From the NCBI GenBank assembly GCA_965112155.1, contig OZ218098.1: a stretch of DNA of 64,000 nucleotides. The stretch is one strand, 5' to 3'. This document shows positions 39,625 through 61,700 of this stretch, in pieces. Source of the stretch: Podarcis liolepis (taxonomy: Eukaryota). The position numbers were made by a program, and so were the translations under genes. Position 1 is the first letter of the stretch. The number at the start of each line of letters is the position of its first letter. A model generated the notes under the pieces. That model ran no database searches and was not told the origin of the DNA. It saw nothing but the letters and a program-made list of their open reading frames with translations.

Positions 39625-40269
39625 ATATGCATATGCATGTATCCATATATATATGCATAAACACATACATGTACATATACTTGTTGAGTATTTTCAGCTC
39701 ATGGTCAATGATGGCCGCCTTCCGTGAATCATTGGCCTGCAACAGGCCAGTGGACAAGCTTATAGTTTGCTCTTGAATTTCCAGAAGTGTCACTAAAAGT
39801 AAAGTCACATTAGTTTTTGCAACTATATTATGCATCAACAAACATTACATGTTATTAATATTCTCAGAGTGGCAACTGATAATATTTCAACTGTCAAAAT
39901 GAATTTTTGTAGTGCCTAAATACTTAGGAAGGCAATTTCTGTGCAGAGACAGCCTTCTGTCACAGATGTATATTTATGTGTTAGTCGTGAAAGGGTAACT
40001 TGTTGATTGCAAGACCAATTTCAGAAACGAACATGTTTGTTACAGGAATGTAGCGATACTACAGTATGTTAAGTATTTGGTGCTTTTATTGTTGATGATT
40101 AATGCTGGAAGGTTGTTTTTTTAATTATATGGTTGTCAATACACATGTCTTACAAAGATGTTCAAAGCAGCCTGGGAATTATTATTCATTACATTGTAAC
40201 TGCATCCATTGGCTTTCCCTGTTGCGTTTTCCCTGCTTTTGGTGAAGCCCACTTTTGTTTGCAGATATA

Positions 40270-40527
40270 CCGTATTTTTTGTTCTATAAGACTCACTTTT
40301 TCCCTCTTAAAAAGCAAGAAGAATGTGTGTGCGTCTTATGGAGCGAATGCAGGCTGCGCAGCTATCACAGAAGCCAGAACAGTAAGAAGGATTGCTGCTT
40401 TCACTGCGCAGCGATCCCTCTTGCTGTTCTGGCTTCTGAGATTCAGAATATTTTTTTTCTTGTTTTCCTCCTCCAAAAACTAGGTGCGTCTTGTGGTCTG
40501 GTGCGTCTTATAGAGCGAAAAATACGG
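40270..40527. mobile_element. Non-autonomous Tc1/mariner-superfamily MITE (Tc2/pogo-like CCGTATTT ends)
   Basis: TIRs CCGTATTTTTTGTTCTATAAGAC / GTCTTATAGAGCGAAAAATACGG with TA on both sides. Confidence 0.85.
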
Positions 40528-40819
40528 TAAGTCAAATCTCCCACTGCTTGGGCTGCATTCGTATTTTAAAATCAGCAAATAGATTACTCAGGAGGGGAAG
40601 GGTTACGTCTAGATTCATCTTTTATGCACAGAAGTATTCCAAGTATTCCTTTTGTCACACAGGAGAGCCCATTTCAGGAATGCCATGAAGCACCCTCAAA
40701 CCTGAAGTTATAAATAACAGTCCTTAAGATTTGCATAGCACTTTGAAGAATGGAAGTGCTTCCCATGCATTATCTTAGCAGCAATCCTTCCAACAGCCTT
40801 GTAAAGCAAGGACAGGGAG

Positions 40820-40945
40820 GCTGTGGCCCTCTCTAGGTTCCTGGACTACAACTCCCATCTCCCCTAACCATTGGCCCTACTGGCTGGGGCTGATGGGAGC
40901 TGGAGTCCAACAACACCTGGAGGACCACAGGCTCCCCATCCCTGC
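40820..40945. repeat. Example of a dispersed, internally palindromic squamate repeat (GACTACAACTCCCATC...GATGGGAG.TG.AGTCC); related copies near 29770, 43080, 44260, 51420, 51760, 62930
   Basis: Recurring self-complementary motif seen several times in the window. Confidence 0.7.
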
Positions 40946-41326
40946 TGTAAAGTAAGCCAGTATTGTGGGGCTCATGGGGGAATGGACCCCTTTCTTCCTG
41001 GGCATGGGGATATCCAGGAGACCTTGGGCTGCAGTACAGAGTGTAGGTTCATGTACGGTCGCTTCTGTCTGACTTTGAGGCACATCCATGTGCTTCTCCC
41101 ATCTCTGTAGCACCACCAACGGAAGAGGTGGTTCGATCAAGCCATTGTGTGTCACACAGCTCTCGAAGGCACAGAAGCCCGGTTTTGATTGAACATTGAC
41201 CAGACAAGGCTTTTATCATCATTGTTGATAAAGAATTGTGTGTGATCACATGGGATAAGACTCGCCCAGCCAAAGGCATGCAATGGGACGGGAAAAGACA
41301 CAGACCACCAGTTTTGTGCTCCATGG

Positions 41327-41332
41327 TTTATT
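41327..41332 (-). terminator. DES: Probable desmin polyadenylation signal (3'UTR ~1.3 kb)
   Basis: AATAAA on the minus strand followed about 20-40 nt later by a GU/U-rich element TGGTGGTCTGTGTCTTTT. Confidence 0.8.
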
Positions 41333-42434
41333 AATCACTTGGCAGAGCCAGGGGCGTGCTGGGGTGGGAGGGTCAGGGGCACACAGCATCTCTCCATCTC
41401 CTCCCTCCTCTTTCACTCACACACCCACCATTTATTTTCACACTCTTGCTCTCTCTCCCCCCAAATCCATCACCTGCCAGTTCCTTCTCTTCTCTTCTCC
41501 AGCTCCTGTAAATGGCCCCTTGTATGCAGCAGCCCCTACAAGAGAGATTGGGATCTAGGATGGGGATAACACTCAAAACAGGGATGCCTCTAGCTGGCAC
41601 CCGTTGGCGCTGTTCTTCCCCTCCTTGGTGCTTGGGGCTCACACCCCAAGTCTAGGAACTTTGCTTTGCAGCAGGTGTGGGTTCATTTACCCTAAGCAGT
41701 CCCACTCACTTCCTCCTTTAAGGGGGCCCAACCCTCCCAGCCCTCTGCCCGCTGCCCTGGCAGGAAATCCCAGCATGGGTGGGAGGGTAAGCGCTTGTCT
41801 GCAAAACTGCGAGCTAAGAATATCAGGAGAGCTGCTTCCTTGGAGGGACTGACATTCACGGAAGCTAGAGATAACAAGCCCCTCCCCACAACCCTCCAGG
41901 CAAGGAGTCCTGCTCCACTGCAGGAGGTGGGGTGAGGAGAGGCGCACTGTGGCTTTGGTCTCGGAGGCAAGGCTGGGCAATTGGCTCATCTCCGTCCTCT
42001 GGGCTGTGCCAGCTTCCCCTGCCTCCTTCCCCTGTCCCCTCATAGCCTGCAGACCAGGCACATTTCCGCTGCAGCAGACGGGCCTTGAGGGGACAGGGGG
42101 CCTGTGGCGGCACTCAGGCTGGGGGTGAAGCTTCACACATGGCTGTTGTCTGGGCATGTTGGTGGGGAGTCAGTGCCTGCATGGTGCATGGGTGAGAGAT
42201 CGACACTGCAGGCGGCGGCTGGAGCTTCAGACCCTATGTAGCAGGAAGCCTCCCCACCCCCAACACAGGAAGGGCACAGGAACATACGCATTGATGCACA
42301 CACACACACATACACAGCTGCCCCTCTCTTTCAATCTTCCTAGCCACATCCACCTGCAGCTTCTAGGACAGGAAAAACAGAAGGGGAGCAGAAAGAGAGA
42401 GGCGTTGGGAAATGGGGTGCAGGGAGAGCCATGG

Positions 42435-42491
42435 GCACGCACACACACACACACACACACACACGTGTGTGTGTGTGCGGCTGTGTGTGTG
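42435..42491. repeat. (CA)n-CG-(TG)n self-complementary dinucleotide tract in DES 3'UTR
   Basis: GCACGC(AC)12GTGTGTGTGTGTGC. Confidence 0.93.
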
Positions 42492-42624
42492 AGGTTTTCC
42501 AAGTGGTGCCGTCACAGAATGGGTGAATGGGAGACTGCGTGGGAGCTAGCGACCCCGGGCCTTTGCACGCGGTAGGGGAGAGGGTTTTGAGATGCGCCAG
42601 TTGCCTCTCTGGGGATGAAAAGAT

Positions 42625-54144
<11,520 letters not shown>

Positions 54145-54228
54145 GGTGGCGGCTGGACAGGACGGAGGCAGAGAGAGAACAGCTGCTCTGGGTGAGCAAG
54201 TCAGAGTCGGGACGGGGATCTGAGGTCT

Positions 54229-54320
54229 GGCTATTTGTATCCCTGAGTGTTGACATCATCCCACTGTTCCCTCCCCGTTTCCCCCTTGCCCTCCTCCAGC
54301 TCCCATTTTGGAACAGCTGT
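54229..54320 (-). promoter_or_regulatory. DES: Desmin proximal promoter: TATA-like TACAAATA, TGATGTCA element and E-box CAGCTG (54314-54319)
   Basis: Minus strand reads TGATGTCAACACTCAGGGATACAAATAGCC about 90 nt upstream of the ATG; resembles the mammalian DES core promoter as I recall it. Confidence 0.8.
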
Positions 54321-55429
54321 GGATTCCTCTTGTCAGTGAGAAATCTCTTGTGGGGCGGGAACAAGCCAGTCATGGGATGCAACAGTTCCGTTCTGCTAGG
54401 CAACGGCTAGGCCTCATCTGGGAGTGGGCCCAGATCATGCCCGTGGGCCCTGAGGACGATGGTCAAGGGATACTGTGAAGGAGGGGGTGAAGTGGAAAGT
54501 ACCAGCTTTGGAAAGTGAAAGGGGATGTGAGATCACTGAAAGAATAGGTCAGGCTTGATGACGGGGGAAAACTTTCGGATATGTAAACAGCTATGCCAGG
54601 ACCATGGTTTGGGAATAGGGGGAAAGAAGCAAACGCTATATTAGGACATTGAAATCCCACAATGAGAAACATAACAAAACAAACATTCAGTACAAAACCA
54701 CACACAACCCTAAAGGTTTTGGCAGAGAAGCAAGTTCTTGGAATGAAGCCAAATAACTTGCAAAAAGAGGCAAAAAGGAATCTTTCCCAGAGTAGTTGAA
54801 GCATATTTAACCTGATATTTATTCCTAGCTAATGGACTAGATGGGTTCTGGATACCATTTCCTACTTATGGGTTTTAGTGCAGCCAGTTATCATGCCAGG
54901 GATTAGTCTTTATATATTTCCTCAGGCAAGTTCCAAGCTGTGGAGAGTGAGGGGAGTCAATAAGCCTGTTTGCTTTTTTTCCTAAAAATGTTTAGAGATA
55001 CTCTCATTTTGACTCAAGAAAATCACCGTTTTATAGTTCAAATCGGGAAAAATAAATAGTAAATGGACAAAAGTACAAAGATTCACAGAATTTTTAGGTG
55101 TATGTGCACCCCCAGAAAAAAAAGCACTGCCTGTAATGTCCACAGGCTTCTAGTGCCCTTCATCTCACCTCATACAAAACCCAAAGGGAATTACGGTCTC
55201 CTAGGCTTATATTTTGAAACCAAAACTAAAAACCCAAAGGGCATTGCAATCTCCTGGGCTTAGATTATGAAACCAAAAACAAGCTATATGCCCAACAAGA
55301 CTGAGGTATCCTGGCCTGTACTCCTTCGCCTCCCACTTTGGGGGCTGAGTCACTGGCAACCTCCTTGCAAGATAATACCAGCCTGCAGTGAATCACCCTG
55401 TTTGTCCATGTGCCCAGAATGGAGCCAGC

Positions 55430-55560
55430 CAGTGATGTCAGAGCCTATGCTCCCTGAATCTCCTCCCCCTTTGCATTCCCCAGGTGGCAGCCACTAAACC
55501 TAAATAGCCCTGCTGCTATGCTGCCTGCTTGTCAGAGTGCTATTCAGAGCCAGGGGGAAG
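55430..55560 (-). promoter_or_regulatory. Candidate desmin upstream muscle enhancer (AT-rich GCTATTTAG plus E-box CACCTG)
   Basis: Minus strand GGGCTATTTAGGTTTAGTGGCTGCCACCTG about 1.3 kb upstream of the promoter; motif order resembles the mammalian MEF2/Mt/E-box desmin enhancer. Confidence 0.45.
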
Positions 55561-56982
55561 AGGAGGGGCTGGTGAAAGTGAAATTAACCCTTTCTGCCCT
55601 TGCGGACATAAGAGTATTAGAAGAGTCCTGCTGGGCCAGGCCAAAGCCCTAATCTAGTCTAGCATCCTGTTTCCTACAATGGCTAACCAGATGCTTATGG
55701 GAAATCCACAAAGAGGACATAAGCCCAATAGCCTTCTCCCATGTGACTCATATCTAGAGGCACAATGCCTCTGATCTTGGTGGTAGAATATTGCCAGAAT
55801 GGCGAAACAGTGATTGATAGCTTTATCCTCCATGAATTTGGCCAATCCCCTTTTAAAGTGACCTGAGGAATGGGGAAACTTCACACTGTGCATAATTTAA
55901 TGCACCTCTGTCATGTCCCCTTCCTTGCTAACAAGGCCCTGACCTAGAGGCCTGTGATGCCATGGTTCTGAAGATGATGATTTCAATGCCACCGCTGAAT
56001 TAATAAAAAGTTAGTAGACTACTTAATGACCCTCAGCAATTTTCAAGTGGTATTTAAAATGCAGTCAAACCAACAATTCATGTTTCTGCTAGATAGGCAC
56101 AAGACAGGAACTGAAGCTCACAAGGTTTTCCTGTAAACTTGCTAGAGAGAACTCTGTGAGAGACATTCCCACTGTGCCCTGACAGGGGAAGCTGTTTATT
56201 TTCCTACCTGCCTGGGCACACCCCCTTCCTCTCTTTCCATCTTTTTCCCCTCTGCCAGAAATGTGAGAACATCTGCTGAGCTCCAACGCTCAGACTCCAT
56301 CTTAAGCAAGACTTAAGTATTCATTATAACTGAATTACCATTTTAAGCCTAACTGAACAAAGCTGCTGTATGTGTTACTCTTCAGCAAGTATTCTGAGTG
56401 TGCAAATATTATTTTACCTTTTACAAGACTATGTGATTATTGCTTTAAGGGGGAGAAAAGGGGGAATACCAGGAGAATACAGTCTGCTTTAAAGCATCTT
56501 AAATTACTTAAGCTAAATGTCTAAAACTAGCCTATCTAAGCTTCCCTTTTAAGCTGCAAAAGGGATGGCACTCTGCTGAACTCACAAATGTGAGGAAGGA
56601 AGGATATCTAATAAATAAATCCCCTCCTAGCATCTATTCATATCTCTCAATGCACAGTCAGGGGTGAAAAGGTTATGAGAACTACTGGAATATATGGTAT
56701 TGCCATTTTCAGGTGAGATGCAATCACATGCCAGCTGATTCAGGTTGTATCATTAAAGCTGATTTGGTGCTTTTGCTCAACAAACCTGTTTTACCCTCCC
56801 ATAAGACTGGACTTTTTACGATAAGGAAAATGCACTAGAAAAAATAGAGGAGAATATTTGCTTGACACAATAACCGCTTGGACCCACGTTTTCTAGGCAC
56901 AGGACAAGTGGCAATGTGGACAAGCCCAAAGTTAAACATGCAAAGAAATTCATATGAGAGAGAAGCATGAAGAGTCAGAATA

Positions 56983-57241
56983 CAGTCATACCTCGGGATA
57001 AATACGCTTCAGGTTGAGCGTTTTCGGGTTGCGCTCCACGGCGACCTTGAAGTAATGGTGTGCATTACTTCTGGGTTTCGCCGCTTGTGCATGCGCAGAC
57101 GGTCAAAATGACATCACGTGCATGTGCGGAAGTGGCAAGACGCAACCTGCGCAAGCGCAGACGTGTGTCGTGTCTTACGTTCTGTTCGGGATGCGACCGG
57201 AGCTCCGGAACGGATCCTGTTCGCATCCCGAGGTACCACTG
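56983..57241. mobile_element. Tigger/pogo-like MITE upstream of DES, CpG-rich and probably young
   Basis: TIRs CAGTCATACCTCGGGAT / ATCCCGAGGTACCACTG, TA flanks. Confidence 0.85.
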
Positions 57242-58744
57242 TAACACTAAAATATGTGTGTATGTGTGTTTCACACATACACTTGAAAAGCAGTTCCTTA
57301 CATACCCACAAAACCTACAATCATCTGACATCAATGGACAAGGATCCAACTGTGTGGTTCAGGTTTCCACACAGTGCAATGCTACCCCTGCAATATTCTG
57401 AACCACTGCAGGGGCCCTGATTTCCTTTCTGGGTGATCACCCTCCTTTACCCAAGTGACAGCGTAATATTTCATTGTCTTTCCAAGCTCAGTTCTACCTT
57501 TGTGTTACACTCCTCCTCCCCTCAATGACATCACAGTGCATTCCAGTACTTGGCACAGCAGGAAGCTCATGAGAATCCAAATACTTGCAATTGGAGAGGG
57601 GATGCCTGGGATGGAGAAGCCCTTTGCATGTCTTTAGGGAGTGGATGGAAACAGATTAAGAAGGCCAGCCACAGCCCACATCCTATGCTGCAAGAGGTAT
57701 GGTGGACCAGGGTTAAGCAAAAGGCAGAGCTTGATCCACTGCTCGATTTCTGGTTGCTGGGATTCTTGGAAAGAAAATTAGATAAGGTTCACTTTGGTTT
57801 GATCCAGCAAGGCCCCCATGCTCTTAAGAAAGAGTACATACACCAGATTGCTCAACACAGCTTTCTTGTGCCTCTAATGTTAAGAGATGCCGAGTATTCA
57901 TTCTCGCTTTGTAAGTACAGAGGTGAATGCCCATGGTAAATAACAGAATGTGGAGTGGCACTAGGTTCTCCATGAATCATGGGGAAGCACCTCGATTATC
58001 TCTGTCACATTGACTATGGAATAATCACAAGCTGATACAATTGCCATTTGCTCCAATTGAGCACCAAAGAGCAGATTTCCCTAGGGGAAAGCAGTGGGAC
58101 CAGAGGAAGTGGATAAGCATGCTGCCCTGCTCAATAAAACCAACAATCAGAAGTGAGAGGGAAAGGGAACGGACTGTAATAGTGGAACAGTCAATGGTGG
58201 AGCAGCCATCATTTCTGTCTTGCAAGCTGCCGTTTTCACAAGGAGGAGAAAAGTCTAGAGTGAAGCTGCTGTGCATCAGCCTGACCTTGGTAGCATGGTT
58301 CACATTCTTCCCCCATCCCTGGAGCTGTGGCCCTGGAGGCAATGACCCTCTCTGCGACTGCCAGTGCCTCCTCACATCCTGGATCTCCCTTCCTCCACTC
58401 CCTCACAAATGGAGCACCTCTAAGGAGAGGGTAAGTCTGGGGCTCATCCCACTGCTGCAGCCTGCGCCTTCTTGCCTGACTGTAAAAGGGAAGGTATTTC
58501 CAGATGGGGATTGTCTCATCCCAATGCTGTGCGGGAGGTGGAAATAATGGAGATGGAGAAGAAAACAAAGCACAGGCTCCAAAGCAACCACCGTTCCCCC
58601 CTCCCTCTCCCCTCCTCCTTCCCATTCATCCATGATGCCTGCCTCCTCCTCCACAGCCTTCTTCCAGCCTTGACCTCTTCTTGCTCCCTTCCTAACCCTT
58701 CCTCTCCTCTCCTTCCCACTTCTAGCCTCCAAAACACAAGGCCC

Positions 58745-58754
58745 CCTAATAAGG
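58745..58754. promoter_or_regulatory. Canonical CArG box (SRF site) ~4.5 kb upstream of DES
   Basis: CCTAATAAGG fits CC(A/T)6GG; a one-mismatch CCTTATATAG lies at 58921-58930. Confidence 0.4.
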
Positions 58755-61700
58755 AATTATAGGGCTGAATGACCAGATAGTGTACTGACACTGTTTTTAA
58801 TATGGCTTTTGACAACAAAATGGATCCTTCAGAAGACCTGCCAGCTCGGGTTCTAGTTAAAGACGTGGGAGCTGAAGAAAGGATGGGGTTTTTTATTGCT
58901 TGCTTTAGAATAAAATGCATCCTTATATAGTTACAAGCAATCTTGTTCCCTTGTGTTTTTCATAAATGGAGCCCGTAGACGCAAAAGAGATGTAACTAAA
59001 GCAAGGGAGATACTGTTGAAGGGTGGTAATTTGCGTCTGCTGCAGCTCTCACTATGATTTATGCATGACAGTGTTGGCTGGTGATTGAGTGGCAGAATAA
59101 GAACTGTCTGTGATGTTACTGAGCACTGTTGCTCTGCATGCATAAGCTTCTGGATGATGCACATTCTTGTATTTGTTTAACTGTATGAGAACCTTTGCAA
59201 ATGTTCAGGCCATGGAGGCCAATCTGACCTACAGACTAAAGAAAAAATAGTTTAATTGCAAGTACAGAATTTAACATACTGAGAACATGAACGGAGACTT
59301 AGACTTGGCTTCTTGGAATTAACTGCATTGTCCAGTATGGACTTCAGCAGACTTGAAAGCTGCTACTTTACCATCTGAAAGTGTCTGATCATCTATACTG
59401 GGCTAGATGATAGTTCAGTATCATCTAGCCCAATGGTCTAATTCAGTATAAAGGCAGCTTCTAAGTTCCAAAAAGGTCTGGGGCTTGGGAGCCATGGGCC
59501 ACCCCCTAACAACGCCCTTGTCTGCTGGGTTTTGGAAAGCTGAGACCTCAATATGTGGCAAAGGGCGAGTTATGAGCAGGGGGAAGGGAAGGGGGAATTG
59601 AAATTAGAGCTGGCGTCAGCCACACCCCATCCAAGCAGTACATCCCAGTGCCAAGGAGACATGGGGCAGACAAGCTGGTTTCTGCCAGGAGTTTGGGTGG
59701 GGGGTGATTTATGGAGAAGGATTCAGCCACATATGTTCATCTTGGGGATGGTCAGGTGGGGGGAAGGGAATGAAATGAGAGGTGGCCAATACTGCCTGGG
59801 TGTGGAGCACTAGCATCTCCTATGAGCCTACATGGCTTTCATTTCAGCCTTCTTCTAAGGAATAGGTCTTGCCAGCTGGGTAGGCCAGTCACACCAGGGG
59901 CTCTCAGATAGGCTCAAGAGTGCTTTCTGTGGCAAATCCTTAGGATGGGAAGGAGAGAGAGCATCCTGCTTACCCGTCCCTCCCCAGAGACCAAGGTAGC
60001 TTTCTTTTCTCTTTCAAACCTATTTACACACACACACAAAACACACACCATGGACCAAATTGATATGGGGGAAATTGCCTATCAGTCTGGCAGAAATGCA
60101 CCCAAGACCCCCAAACACCATAGTTATGAAGTTTATTTAGAATAGTAAAACCAGAATAGTACTTTAAAAAGAAAGAAATTGTTTCATTTCAAGTCTAATG
60201 CAGCTACTTACAAATAGGCTTCTGGTCTCCTCATGTGCATCGGTGTAGATGGTCAATGAGGGAGGGGGAATTTGAGGGGCATAGAACTGTTGGGCAACAG
60301 CCATCTTTTAGAGTATCTGACCCAGCTGTGCCTTGATTGACAGGTGACTGTGGCCAGCCAGTCACAAGTCAGTCACCTCCATCAAGAAGATGGCTTGATG
60401 TCTTTTGGAAGTTGGGAGATGAGCTATTGTGGTGTTAACTGCTGCAATATTTCTCTATCTTCCTGCCAGACAGAAACCTATTCTATGTACTTGAGAGAAC
60501 TGACTTCTCCCCTAAGACAGACCCAAATTGGGCCCTAATTACACTCATGTCACTTCTCCTGACTCCCATCATTCCATCTACGTGCTCCCCCAATGTGGAT
60601 GGATGGGTGCACCAGGAAGGGAGCCATCTGGAGGGAGAGTCATAGCCAGGATATGAATGTAAGAGAAAGTATGCTTAAAACAGCTGAAACCCTGTGTGTG
60701 TGTGCGTGTGTGTGTGTGCGCGCGCGCAAAATAAATACTTCATATTTATTTGAGCTATTTTTATGGGAAATCACCAAAAACTACACTGCCAACATGGATT
60801 GCCATGCGTCCGGATTTTCCCAGACACTGTTTCTGACTGCGGTATTCCAGATATGTCTGGGAATTTCCGGGCGTATGGCAATCCTAAATATTCCCCCTGT
60901 GGATAAAATGGGACAACCCATCCTGCCATGAGCTCACTGGAGGATACAAATGTGATGTGAGAAATATATAAAAGGACTTCCTACACAACCAAGTTGCCCC
61001 TTGGCAAGTTCCTGATAATATTCACATACAAGGAAGAAGAGGGAGTCCCTGGCAGCATCCACCTAAAGTGTCGTTTCATCTGTGCAGGGCAGAGAATAAG
61101 AATGAGTCTCTTATGAAACATTTCTCTGATTTTGTGTGTGCCTCTCTAGCTGTTCACTCTAGTGGTTACTCAAGCACTCACTCTCATAAGCAGTGGAACT
61201 TGGGGGTCCTGCTGCAATCTCTGGCAGCAGCTGCTACACCCTTCTACACACCCTGCTGCTGCAGTATTTCACATTACAACATCTTCTGTGATTTAGGCCA
61301 CTTGTATGAACTGTTTAATGTGCAAAGAATATAGAAGTGACAATGGGCTCCTCCAGATGACCTGTTTATTGAGCATTCATCCTGATTTGCTTACACAAAG
61401 AAGTCTGATCTTCATTGTGAATTCATTCTGATTCGTTTGCAGGGAGGTTATATGAAAATGAGCATTTGTCCTGATTTGCTTGTGCCGTGGTGTCTTCCTG
61501 GTTCTGATCTGTTCACCCCATACTTTCCAGTGCATTACCTTATTGCTTTCCTAAGTGTATTTGTTGTGCCAGGGAGAGAGAGTGCTTTAATTCACTTCAG
61601 TTGTGCAAAGCTAAATCTCCAATATGCATTAGCTCCCCTCCTACGAAATACTGACAGTCTGGCATCAAACCAAGTACAGTAATATAAATCTGATTTGTAT

